Below are positions 54,009-64,000 of a stretch of DNA of 64,000 nt, in pieces. Below the pieces are notes generated by a model. That model searched no databases. It was given only the letters and a program-made list of their open reading frames with translations, and was not told the DNA's origin. The position numbers were made by a program, and so were the translations under genes. Each line of letters begins with the position of its first letter. Positions within the stretch are counted from its first letter, which is position 1. This DNA is from Candidatus Eiseniibacteriota bacterium (GTDB lineage Bacteria; ARS69), in the NCBI GenBank assembly GCA_052390515.1, contig JBQTGV010000068.1, positions 16,760 through 80,759 of the forward strand, in the 5' to 3' direction.

Positions 54009-54037
54009 ACCGTAGAAGATGTGCCGCGCCGGGTCAA
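54009..54037 (-). promoter_or_regulatory. Candidate sigma-70 promoter TTGACC-17 nt-TACGGT for the kinase/NtrC operon
   Basis: On the minus strand: TTGACC (54037-54032) and TACGGT (54014-54009), about 30 nt upstream of the kinase start. Confidence 0.4.
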
Positions 54038-54069
54038 CGAAAAGGGAGGATCCCGCGAGGGATCCTCCC
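54036..54069 (-). terminator. Intrinsic terminator of groESL
   Basis: Perfect 11-bp stem GGGAGGATCCC-tcgc-GGGATCCTCCC followed by TTTTCGTT on the minus strand, 28 nt after the groEL stop. Confidence 0.85.
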
Positions 54070-54097
54070 CGATTCCGTCACCGCGATGCGATGCTCG

Positions 54098-56036
<1,939 letters not shown>

Positions 56037-56111
56037 GTTCCCTCCCCACGAATGTGCGGTTGGATGATGGACGAACGCCCCCTTTCAGGGGCATGTGAGT
56101 CCGCCTCGCTT

Positions 56112-56127
56112 AGCGATCCCTGTGCCA
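56112..56127 (-). promoter_or_regulatory. Sigma-54-type (-24/-12) element TGGCACA-N4-TCGCT upstream of groES
   Basis: The minus strand reads TGGCACAGGGATCGCT with correct GG-N10-GC spacing, 76 nt upstream of the groES ATG. Confidence 0.45.
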
Positions 56128-56398
56128 ATGGGTGCAAGGCGACGTCAAGCGATTGTCCGAGAAGAGCTTGGGGGATCGAGCGCTCCGCCGCGCCCCTTCA
56201 GGCGATGCATCGACTGACAGTGCCGGAGAGGGTCCGATGTCAGTGCGGCACGGGTCGGCTGCCGATCTGGCGTGCTCCTCTCGACGAGGACCCGACGGCG
56301 GCCACGGCGGCAACTCCGGAGCTCGCCGGGACAAGTAGCCCGCTTCTCGGGTACTGTGCGCCCGTTCCGGAGGACCGCGCAGCGCGGGGGGAAGGGGC

Positions 56399-57622
56399 AT
56401 GGAGCGAACGGTGACGGTGCGGGCCGAGGGGCACTTGATCGACTCCGGCCTGCTTTCGCGGATCTTCGACCAGATCATCCATGCGGGCGCCCGCTACGAG
56501 GTGGTCCGGTTCGACATCGGGCGAACGAACGACCAGCCGTCGAGCACCGAGCTGCGCATCGAGGCCGAGAGCACCGAGAGCCTGGCCGAGCTCCTGGAGC
56601 GACTGATCCCGCTCGGAGTCTTCGCCCTCGATCAGGGCGAAGTCGCCACTGAGCCTGCGCCCGCCGACGGCGTGGTGCCGGACGACTTCTACTCGACCAC
56701 CAATCACCGGACCGAGGTCCGTCGGGACCGCCAGTGGATCCCGGTGACGCGGCAGCGCATGGACTCGGTCATCGTGCTCTCGAACGCGGGAGCGCTTTGC
56801 ACCAAGCTGCGCAGCGTCCGCAAGGGCGACGCCGTCGTCGTGGGACACGAGGGAATCCGCGTCATTCCCATCGACAAGGAACGCGACCGCGCCCACTTCG
56901 GGTTCATGACCAACGAAGTGTCGTCGGAGAAGCAGGTGGAGCTCGCCGTGAACCGCATCGTGCAGGACGTCCGCGCCGCGCGACGGGAAAGCGGGCGGAT
57001 CGTGGTCGTCGCGGGGCCGGTCTGCGTGCACACCGGCGGAGTCGCGCCGCTGGAGGCGATCCTCTCCGCCGGGTACGTGAGCGCGCTGCTGGCCGGAAAC
57101 GCGCTGGCCGTGCACGACATCGAGCGCGCGCTCTACGGCACCTCCCTCGGCATCGACTGCGAGACGGGCGAAGCCGTGGTCGACGGTCACCGCAACCACA
57201 TGCGGGCCATCAACACCGTGCGGAGGGCCGGCGGGATCGCGCGCGCCGTGGAGCAGGGTGTCCTGACCCGGGGCATCATGCACCGCTGCGTGAAGGAGAA
57301 CGTGCCGTTCGTGCTGGCCGGTAGCCTGCGCGACGACGGCCCCCTGCCCGAGGTCGTCACCGACATGAACGACGCGCAGGAGGCGTACGCGGTGGCGCTG
57401 GAGGGTGCGCGCGTCGTGCTGATCCTCTCCACCATGCTCCATGGGATCGCGACGGGGAACATGCTGCCCTCGTCGGCGCTGACCGTCTGCGTGGACATCA
57501 ACCCGGCGGTGGCCACGAAGCTCGCCGACCGCGGGACGTCCCAGGCCGTGGGCGTGGTCACCGACGTCGGTCTCTTCCTCTCTCTCCTCGCCGCGAGGCT
57601 CGGGGCGACGCCCCGGGAATGA
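56399..57622 (+). CDS. TIGR00300-type LOR/SDH-like protein (archaeal-type ornithine cyclodeaminase / ArgZ-associated family)
   Basis: [27 protein letters not shown]…, [68 protein letters not shown]. The family is recalled from memory. Confidence 0.65.
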   Translation: MERTVTVRAEGHLIDSGLLSRIFDQIIHAGARYEVVRFDIGRTNDQPSSTELRIEAESTESLAELLERLIPLGVFALDQGEVATEPAPADGVVPDDFYSTTNHRTEVRRDRQWIPVTRQRMDSVIVLSNAGALCTKLRSVRKGDAVVVGHEGIRVIPIDKERDRAHFGFMTNEVSSEKQVELAVNRIVQDVRAARRESGRIVVVAGPVCVHTGGVAPLEAILSAGYVSALLAGNALAVHDIERALYGTSLGIDCETGEAVVDGHRNHMRAINTVRRAGGIARAVEQGVLTRGIMHRCVKENVPFVLAGSLRDDGPLPEVVTDMNDAQEAYAVALEGARVVLILSTMLHGIATGNMLPSSALTVCVDINPAVATKLADRGTSQAVGVVTDVGLFLSLLAARLGATPRE

Positions 57623-58614
57623 GCCGGGTACGCTTCGGGGTCAGCTACTTCGGCGTGCGTGATCCGCGTCACGCCGCGTCCGATCTCGCCGAGATCGCCG
57701 ATGCGGGCTTCGCCGCCGTCACGCACACGTTCTCCGAGCACGATCTGCGGTATCACGAACGAGACGTCGCGCGGCTCGTGGAGAGGACCAAGGCCCTCGG
57801 CCTGGAGGCCGACCTGGACCCCTGGGGCGTCGCAGGAGTCTTCGGAGGAGAGGCGTACTCGGAGCTGGCGTTGCGGGAGATCGCCTGCCGGCAGATCGAT
57901 GCCAACGGGCGATCGGTTCCGGCCTGCTGCCCCAACGCGCCGGAGACGGGCGAGCTGCTGGAGCGCTGGGCTCGCACCGCCGAGGGCCTGGGCGCGGACG
58001 CGCTCTTCTGGGACGAGCCTCACTTCTACCTCGGCGCCCTGCTCGATCGTGCTTCGCCGGTTCCTGCATGCCGCTGCGCCCGCTGCGAGGCCGCATGGAG
58101 CGAGGATCGAGCCGGCCCACTCCCCGCCGAGGGGGATGCTGACCTGGCGAGGTTCCGGGGCGAATCCCTACGCCGCCTTCTCTCGCACTCGATCGCGGCC
58201 GCGGGCCGCGTCCGCCACTCGCTCTGCCTCCTTCCCCGCGGCGAGTTCCGCGTGGCCGGCACCGACGAGTGGGAGGAGTTCGCCGGCATCGCCGGGATCT
58301 CCCGCCTCGCGACGGATCCGTATTGGATGCAGCGACCGGTCGATCCGGCCGGCTACGTGCGCGACCACTCCGCTCCGCTGCGCGCGCTCTGCGACCGTAC
58401 CGGTCAGGAGATGGAGATCTGGATCCAGGGCATCCGCATCGCCCGTGGTGCGGAGCACCACATCGTGAGCGCCACCGAGGCCGCCGTCGAGTCCGGTGCT
58501 GCCCGCATCGCTTACTGGAGCTTCCGCGGCACGGAGCGCATGAGCTGGTTGGCGTGCGAGGATCCGGACGCGGCTTGGGCCGCCATGCGCGAGGCGGTGC
58601 GCCTCTTCGGCTAG
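57619..58614 (+). CDS. Conserved hypothetical protein, TIM-barrel-like
   Basis: ATGA-coupled to the upstream gene. Its composition is coding-like (FGVSYFGVRDPRHAASDLAEIADAGF…, ALFWDEPHF). No family was recognised. Confidence 0.55.
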   Translation: MSRVRFGVSYFGVRDPRHAASDLAEIADAGFAAVTHTFSEHDLRYHERDVARLVERTKALGLEADLDPWGVAGVFGGEAYSELALREIACRQIDANGRSVPACCPNAPETGELLERWARTAEGLGADALFWDEPHFYLGALLDRASPVPACRCARCEAAWSEDRAGPLPAEGDADLARFRGESLRRLLSHSIAAAGRVRHSLCLLPRGEFRVAGTDEWEEFAGIAGISRLATDPYWMQRPVDPAGYVRDHSAPLRALCDRTGQEMEIWIQGIRIARGAEHHIVSATEAAVESGAARIAYWSFRGTERMSWLACEDPDAAWAAMREAVRLFG

Positions 58615-58722
58615 CGGCCCGCTCCGGCCGATCCACGACCCCTTTCGGCTCAGCCCGCCGGGTCCATCGTCTGTTATATTCGCCGGCGCCGCCGCCACCG
58701 CCGCCCGGGAGTCCAAACACCC

Positions 58723-60207
58723 ATGCGGAAACGGGCCGCCGTCCTCGCCCTCGTGCTCGTCGCGCTGCCTGCGCGCGACTCCGGTGCGCATCCCATGGGC
58801 AACTTCTCGATCAGTCACTATGCCGGCATCGAGATCGCGCCGGACACGATCCGCGTGAAGTACCTGCTGGACTTCGCCGAGATCCCCGCCGTGCGGGAGC
58901 TGGAGCTCGTCGATCCGGATCTCGACGACCGGGTCACCCCCGAGGAGCGTGCCGCCTACCTCGAGGCCAAGACCGGCGAGGTCCTCCGCGGGCTGCGCCT
59001 CGTCGTGGACGGCCGTGCACTGCCGCTCGGAGCCGAGTGGTCCCGGGTGTCGTTCCCGCCGGGCGAAGGCGGCCTGTCCACGGTCCGCACCGCCTGGCTG
59101 CTCTCCGTGCCGCTGGACAGCTCCGACCGGCAACCGCGCTTCCTGGTGTGGAACGACGCCAACTACGAGGACCGCGTGGGCTGGAAGGAGATCCGCTTCA
59201 CCGGACTCGACGGAGTGGGGATCGGACGGACCTCGCTGCGCTGGAGCCCGCAGAGCGACGAGCTCTCCGCGTACCCGGACGAGTACCTGTCCGATCCTCC
59301 GGTGGATACCAAGGCCTGGTGCCGCTTCGGCGTCGGACTCGAGCGCGACGACACCGCAGACATCGAGCCGCCGCCGGGATTCGCCGGGCCAAGCCAGAGC
59401 GACAATCCCTTCGTCCGCCTGGTGACCGCGTCGGATCTCACGCCGCGCGTTGTTCTCGCCTCCCTGCTCCTGGCCGCCGTTCTCGGTGCCGGCCACGCGC
59501 TCGAGCCCGGACACGGGAAGACGCTCGTCGCCGCGTACCTCGTGGGATCGCACGGGACCGTGCTGCATGCGGTTCTCCTCGGCCTCATCGTCACGCTGAC
59601 GCATACGTTCAGCGTGTTCCTCCTCGGGGCGGGCGTGCTGTACCTGTCCCGGTACTTCGTGCCCGAACAGATGTTCCCCTGGCTCGGCGCCGTGTCCGGA
59701 GCGCTGATCGTGGCGGTCGGAGTCACGATGCTGCGCGCGCGCTGGCGCGAAGGAGCGCACGGTCACGCTCACGACCATCACCATGCTCATCGGCACGACC
59801 ATGACCACGCCGGCGATCCTCACCACGACCACGACCATGACCACGGCGATCATCATCACCACGGCCACCCGCATCACCCGGGAACCGCCGCAGGCGGCAA
59901 CGCCTCCCTGCGCAGCATTCTCGCGCTCGGCGTCAGCGGCGGGCTCGTTCCCTGTCCCGCGGCCATCGTGGTCCTGCTCGCCGCGGTGGCACTCGGGCGT
60001 GTGGGCTTCGGCATGGTACTGATCGCGGCTTTCAGCGGGGGGCTCGCCGCGGTCCTCGTGTCGGTGGGAACGGCCTTCGTGCTCGCGCGAGGCTGGATCG
60101 AGCGACTGCCGCGCGCCGATGCGCTCACCCGCAGGCTCGGCCTCGCGTCCGCCGCGGTGGTCACCGTCTTCGGCGTGGTGATCGCCGTGCGATCGCTCAC
60201 GGCGTGA
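58723..60207 (+). CDS. NicO/RcnA-family nickel/cobalt transporter with an N-terminal periplasmic domain and a His/Asp-rich loop
   Basis: Signal peptide then HPMGNFS… (a soluble part of about 230 aa). NicO signature GAGHALEPGHGKT. Loop HGHAHDHHHAHRHDHDHAGDPHHDHDHDHGDHHHHGHPHHP. LVPCPAAIVVLL. Confidence 0.8.
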   Translation: MRKRAAVLALVLVALPARDSGAHPMGNFSISHYAGIEIAPDTIRVKYLLDFAEIPAVRELELVDPDLDDRVTPEERAAYLEAKTGEVLRGLRLVVDGRALPLGAEWSRVSFPPGEGGLSTVRTAWLLSVPLDSSDRQPRFLVWNDANYEDRVGWKEIRFTGLDGVGIGRTSLRWSPQSDELSAYPDEYLSDPPVDTKAWCRFGVGLERDDTADIEPPPGFAGPSQSDNPFVRLVTASDLTPRVVLASLLLAAVLGAGHALEPGHGKTLVAAYLVGSHGTVLHAVLLGLIVTLTHTFSVFLLGAGVLYLSRYFVPEQMFPWLGAVSGALIVAVGVTMLRARWREGAHGHAHDHHHAHRHDHDHAGDPHHDHDHDHGDHHHHGHPHHPGTAAGGNASLRSILALGVSGGLVPCPAAIVVLLAAVALGRVGFGMVLIAAFSGGLAAVLVSVGTAFVLARGWIERLPRADALTRRLGLASAAVVTVFGVVIAVRSLTA

Positions 60208-60446
60208 ACGAACGACGGACCCCGGCTGCGCGTCAATCCTGCTCAAGACCGGCAAAGATCGCCGAAGCGCGTGATGCATCCGCGACGCAACGACAGTTCG
60301 CGCGCACGTGCGCGTGATACAATTTCACTCGCGGCGGATGCTGCTCGACGCGTGGTTCTTCACATCCTCGGGTCGTCTGATCTGGCAGACCCGGGAAGGG
60401 TACGCGAGGCCCCGTGGAGCACGCCGGACGCGGCTCCGCCGCTTCT

Positions 60447-61694
60447 CTACTCCGCTCCGTCCGGATCGGCGAGCACGATGACCTCGAGTTCCTCCCCCGC
60501 GCTCGCCCGGCCGCATCCTTCGGGCAGCACCGCGAGCGCGTTCGCCTCGACCATGGAGCGCAGGTTCCCCGAGCCGTGCGGTCCGACTTCGCGGATCCGG
60601 AATCCACCGTCGCTCCAGCGTAGCCGCACGCGCGCGAAATGCCGGCGGTCCTCCGGACCGCGCAAATCCCCGTCGAGCCGCGCGCGGACGCGCGGCCGCC
60701 CGGGCCGGCGATCGCCCTCCAGCGCCCGGAGCGCCGGACGCACGAAGTTCTCGAACGCCACCATGGACGACACCGGATTGCCGGGGAGACCGAACACCAG
60801 CGCGCCGTGCAACCGGCCGAAGAGCAGCGGCTTCCCGGGGCTCGAGGCGACCCTCCAGAACACGCGCTCGAAACCCAGATCGAGCAGGACCGCCTGTACC
60901 TCGTCCCGGTCCCCGACGGACACTCCGCCGCTGGTGATCAGCACGTCGAGCCCGGCGGTCGCGGCGAGCCGCGCGGCCAGGTCGGCCCGGTCGTCGCGCG
61001 CGAGTCCCAGGTCCCGGACCTCGGCGCCCGCGTCGCGCACCAGACCGCGGAGCGTCCAGTCGTTGCTGCTCCGGATCTTCCCCGGGCGAAGCTCATCGCC
61101 GACCGCGAGCAGCTCGTCTCCCGTCGCCAGCACGCCGACGACGGGGCGGCGATGGACGGACACCCGCTCGCGGCCGAGGGAGGCGAGCATGCCCACCGCA
61201 GCCGGACCGAGACGGGTCCCGCGTTCCAGGACGACGGCACCGGCGGCCACGTCCTCCCCGATCCGGCGAACGGCCCGCCCGGGCTCGACGGGGCGCTCCA
61301 CGCGGACCCGATCGCGCGCGAACTGCGTCCACTCCAGCATCACCACGGCGTCGGCACCGGGGGGGATCGGCGCGCCGGTCATGATCCGAACGGCCGCACC
61401 CGGGCGAAGCGCGGCCGCAGGCGGGCCCCCGGCGACCGAGTCGCCGAGCACCTCCAGCTCCACCGGATGCTCCGTGCTGGCCCCGGTCACGTCCGCGGCA
61501 CGGACGGCGTAGCCGTCCACCGTGGAGTTCTCGAAGGGCGGCACGGGATGTGGAGCGACCACGTCGGCCGCCAGCACGCGGCCCTGCGCCAGGGCGAGCT
61601 CCACCTCCTCCGCCGGAAGCGCGACCACCTCACCGCGCACGAGCTTCGCCGCCTCGTCGAACGGCAGGGGTGTATCCGCGTGCAGGCGTTTCAT
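60447..61694 (-). CDS. moeA: Molybdopterin molybdenumtransferase
   Basis: PVPPFENSTVDGYAVRAAD, AVRIMTGAPIPPGADAVV, DVLITSGGVSVGDRD, FGLPGNPVSS. ATGA overlap with cutA. Confidence 0.9.
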   Translation of the reverse strand: MKRLHADTPLPFDEAAKLVRGEVVALPAEEVELALAQGRVLAADVVAPHPVPPFENSTVDGYAVRAADVTGASTEHPVELEVLGDSVAGGPPAAALRPGAAVRIMTGAPIPPGADAVVMLEWTQFARDRVRVERPVEPGRAVRRIGEDVAAGAVVLERGTRLGPAAVGMLASLGRERVSVHRRPVVGVLATGDELLAVGDELRPGKIRSSNDWTLRGLVRDAGAEVRDLGLARDDRADLAARLAATAGLDVLITSGGVSVGDRDEVQAVLLDLGFERVFWRVASSPGKPLLFGRLHGALVFGLPGNPVSSMVAFENFVRPALRALEGDRRPGRPRVRARLDGDLRGPEDRRHFARVRLRWSDGGFRIREVGPHGSGNLRSMVEANALAVLPEGCGRASAGEELEVIVLADPDGAE

Positions 61695-62020
61695 CGGTCC
61701 GGCCTCCGCACCGACTCCGTAACCCAGGCCGCATACGCTTCGTTCGCCGAACGTACGGCGACGCGGAGGATCGCCGGCGTCTCGTACGGGTGCGCGCGGC
61801 GTACGTGCTCCTCCGCTTCCGCGGCGAGATCCGCCGTCGTCTTGCCCACGATCTGGAACTCCGCGTCGTCGCGGAGCTCGCCCTTCCACCGGTAGAAGGA
61901 GCGCACCGGGAAGTACGTCGCGCAGGCCACGACGCCGGCAGCCACCAGTTCGCGGGACAGTCGCCGCGCGTCCTCCTCGGACGCCACGGTGGTGACGATC
62001 TCGACCAGCTCGCGGCTCAT
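61691..62020 (-). CDS. cutA: Divalent-cation tolerance protein CutA
   Basis: VEIVTTVASEEDARRLSRELVAAGVVACATYFPVRSFYRWKGEL…HPYETPAIL. Confidence 0.85.
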   Translation of the reverse strand: MSRELVEIVTTVASEEDARRLSRELVAAGVVACATYFPVRSFYRWKGELRDDAEFQIVGKTTADLAAEAEEHVRRAHPYETPAILRVAVRSANEAYAAWVTESVRRPDR

Positions 62021-63942
62021 CGGGTCTCTCCGCCGCCGAGCTGGGCGAGCTGCTTCCGAGCGAGGTCGGCGAGCGGCCCCTCGCCCTCCAGCGCGAGCAC
62101 CCGGCTCCACGAGTCGCGGGCTTCGTCCGACCGGCCGTCCTCCTGCGCGAGCGCGGCCAGGTTGGCCCAGGCGCGCGCGAAGCGCGGGCGAATGCGCACC
62201 GCCTCCCGGAGCAGCTCGGCCGCCTCCTCCGGACGGCCCTCCCGCAGCAGGACCCCCGCGAGCCGGTGACGCGTCTCCGCCGAGCGCGGGTTCGCGGCGA
62301 GCGCCTCCGCCAGCACGTCCCGTTCGGCGGTCGCGTTCCCGAGGGCCGCCTCCGCGCGAGCCAGGTCGCGGTAGACCGCGTCCGGGTTCGGCCCCAGCGC
62401 GAGCGCCCGGCGAAACGCCGTCCGGGCCTCCTCCGCCCTCCCCGCGTCCAGCGCCGCCTGACCGAGGTACTGCCAGGCGAAGCGATTCTCCGGATCCTCC
62501 GCGACCACCCTGCGAAGCAGGTCGAGCGAGCGCTGCGGCGCGTCCTGCTGGAGCCAGGTCAGCGCCTCGTTGATCCGGTCCACCAGCGGAAGTCGCGCGT
62601 GCGGGTCGTCACCGGAGAGGAACGCCGCCTCCGCATCGTCCTCGCCCCCGGCCGCCCCCGCGACGTAACCGAGCGCGCGCAGCGCCTCGGCGTCCCTGTC
62701 GGTGAGCTCGCGGCGCGTGGACCCGAACGCGTGCTCCCTCCGCGCCGCCCACTCCCGATCGAGGTGCGCACGCAGGGTCGCCACCACGTCGGGGTGAGTC
62801 GACGCCAGGTCGCGCGTCTCCCCGGGATCCTCCGCCGGCCTGTACAGGCGATTCACCGGACCGGAAACGAGCCGCCATCCGTCGCTCTCCAGGACGCGGA
62901 GGCCGCTCCACCCGAAGTTGTAGTGGGGATAGAGCGTCTCCCCGATCACCGGGGTCGGCGGAGCGTCGAGCGGTGGAGCCGATCCGGGGTTGAGAGCGTC
63001 CCCGAGGGCGGCCCGGCGAAGCAGCGTCGCGGCGCCGCGCTCGACCGCGAGCGGCTCGGCGAGCAGCCGCGGAGCGAAACCGGCGTCGCGGACGAGGATC
63101 GGTACGCGCAGCGTCGAGGCGTGGACGAGCGCCCCGTGCGTCGACTCGCCGTGTTCGCCCAGACCTTCGCCATGGTCGGCGACGACCACCACGAATAGCT
63201 CTCGCGTCCCTCGACGCGCTGCCAGCACGTGGAGCAGGCGGCCGGTGGCGGCGTCCACCGCGCAAACCTCGCCCCGATACGGATCGCCGGCGAAGAGCGT
63301 GCGCCACGGGGCCGGCGGCGTGTACTCGGCGTGCGGATCGAAGAAGTGCACCCAGAGGAACAGCGGCCGCTCCGCTGCCGGCGGGTCTCCGCGCCCACCG
63401 TCGAGCCATCGGACCACGCGATCCACCGTCTCCTCGGCGGTCCGCTGGCGCATGGCTCCGTGGTCCTCCTCGTCCTCGCCGAGCGTGGAGTCGTACCGAT
63501 CGAAGCCGCGGTCGAGCCCGAACGAGGCCGAGAGCGGATACGCGCTCACGAACGCGGCCGTCGTCCAGCCGGCGTCCCGGACCGCCTGCGCGAGCGTCGT
63601 GCCCGCATCCTCCGGCAGGCGGAAGATGCCGTTGTCGCGTACGCCGTGAGCGACGGGCGCAAGCCCGGTCATCATGGACGTGTGCGAAGGCAACGTGATC
63701 GGTGCGGGAGCGCGCCCCTCGAACGCGAGGGTGCCGCCGCGGGCCGTACGGTCGAGATGCGGGGTGCGGGCCGCGGGATCGCCCAGACAGCCCCACCGGT
63801 CCCCTCGGAGCGTATCGACGGTGAGCAGCAGCAGGTCGGGGGGATCCGTCGTCGGCTTCGTCCCGCACCCCGCCGCCAGCGCGGCCGTGAGCGCGAATGT
63901 CACCGACCGTACCCGGAGCCGGCGCGCAGGGGGAGACGACAT
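62017..63942 (-). CDS. Lipoprotein: sulfatase-fold (alkaline-phosphatase superfamily, Thr nucleophile) domain plus C-terminal TPR repeats
   Basis: Lipobox LAAGC. LLLLTVDTLRGDRWG, PITLPSHTSMMTGLAPVAHG, VVVVADHGEGLGEHG, then TPR helices. Confidence 0.8.
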   Translation of the reverse strand: MSSPPARRLRVRSVTFALTAALAAGCGTKPTTDPPDLLLLTVDTLRGDRWGCLGDPAARTPHLDRTARGGTLAFEGRAPAPITLPSHTSMMTGLAPVAHGVRDNGIFRLPEDAGTTLAQAVRDAGWTTAAFVSAYPLSASFGLDRGFDRYDSTLGEDEEDHGAMRQRTAEETVDRVVRWLDGGRGDPPAAERPLFLWVHFFDPHAEYTPPAPWRTLFAGDPYRGEVCAVDAATGRLLHVLAARRGTRELFVVVVADHGEGLGEHGESTHGALVHASTLRVPILVRDAGFAPRLLAEPLAVERGAATLLRRAALGDALNPGSAPPLDAPPTPVIGETLYPHYNFGWSGLRVLESDGWRLVSGPVNRLYRPAEDPGETRDLASTHPDVVATLRAHLDREWAARREHAFGSTRRELTDRDAEALRALGYVAGAAGGEDDAEAAFLSGDDPHARLPLVDRINEALTWLQQDAPQRSLDLLRRVVAEDPENRFAWQYLGQAALDAGRAEEARTAFRRALALGPNPDAVYRDLARAEAALGNATAERDVLAEALAANPRSAETRHRLAGVLLREGRPEEAAELLREAVRIRPRFARAWANLAALAQEDGRSDEARDSWSRVLALEGEGPLADLARKQLAQLGGGETR

Positions 63943-64000
63943 TTTGTTCCGAGCTCCGGAGGAAGGGCGAGAGTAGCGTTAAGGTAGGGAGCGAGGCGCG

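Noticed and set aside
56111-56139. CIRCE-like (HrcA operator) reading of TTAGCGATCCC-tgtgccaat-GGGTGCAAG upstream of groES.
   Set aside because: The left arm matches TTAGCACTC at only about 7 of 9 positions. The right arm is poor, the two arms are not complementary to each other, and the spacing is off. The same bases fit a sigma-54 -24/-12 element better.
56281-56340. Fragments resembling guanidine-III riboswitch elements (ACGAGG … GGACAAG) in the leader of the TIGR00300-type gene.
   Set aside because: The two fragments lie about twice as far apart as in the ~41-nt motif as I remember it. The pseudoknot pairings are not evident. This is probably chance in GC-rich sequence; a cmsearch with the ykkC-III model would settle it.
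59758-59877. Repetitive CAC/CAT/GAC codon tract, considered as a possible microsatellite or repeat array.
   Set aside because: It is in frame within the NicO transporter. It encodes the His/Asp-rich metal-binding loop typical of RcnA-like proteins, so it is not an independent repeat element.

Overview
High-GC (about 70% by eye) bacterial chromosomal segment, densely coding. I support about 47 protein genes and found no rRNA, tRNA, CRISPR array, transposase or integrase. Most long ORFs in the six-frame track are Arg/Pro/Gly/Ala-rich mirror-frame artefacts of the GC bias. I kept only ORFs whose translation shows family motifs, signal peptides or lipoboxes, and whose ends fit start/stop coupling; ATGA, GTGA and TTGA 4-nt overlaps are frequent. 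All calls come from reading the sequence and translations. No homology search or folding program was run.

Gene order:
- 1-9.7 kb: YhaN/SbcC-like ATPase, a peptidoglycan-binding protein, and AddB/AddA helicase-nuclease.
- 9.7-10.9 kb: arsR-arsM, apparently leaderless.
- 10.8-15.0 kb: two tandem paralogues of a fused membrane/spermidine-synthase-like/TPR protein.
- 15.1-33.5 kb: a surface-glycan island. It encodes an epimerase/dehydratase, DegT aminotransferase, carbamoyltransferase, FemAB-like acyltransferase, formyltransferase, LbH acetyltransferase, Gfo/Idh/MocA oxidoreductase, an OM beta-barrel, agmatinase, two GT-C membrane proteins, a Wzz-Wzy/O-antigen-ligase fusion, a secreted beta-helix protein and a membrane sulfatase-fold transferase.
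- 33.5-36.2 kb: dinB and an exported tetrahaem cytochrome interrupted by one in-frame TGA.
- 36.3-42.7 kb: a cobalamin riboswitch followed by a four-gene operon (beta-propeller, BtuB-like TonB receptor, BNR-like propeller, lipoprotein propeller).
- 42.7-50.1 kb: OM barrel, GT39/TPR protein, MBL hydrolase, Fur-family regulator, RpoD-family sigma factor, lipoprotein, rhomboid protease and a zinc-ribbon protein.
- 50.3-56.0 kb, all on the minus strand: groES-groEL, terminator, PAS histidine kinase, NtrC-type sigma-54 activator, sigma-54 promoter, Asp-less receiver, and a protamine-like basic protein.
- 56.4-64 kb: TIGR00300-type protein, a TIM-barrel-like protein, a NicO/RcnA transporter with a His-rich loop, moeA, cutA and a sulfatase-fold TPR lipoprotein.

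Most interesting leads:
- the candidate selenocysteine (or nonsense) codon in the cytochrome;
- the riboswitch-controlled propeller/BtuB operon, a possible surface cobalamin-capture apparatus;
- the sigma-54 module driving an Asp-less receiver plus a Lys/Arg-rich mini-protein;
- a sigma-54-type promoter in front of groES;
- the tandem fused spermidine-synthase-like genes;
- the Wzz-Wzy fusion;
- a 505-bp convergent coding overlap.
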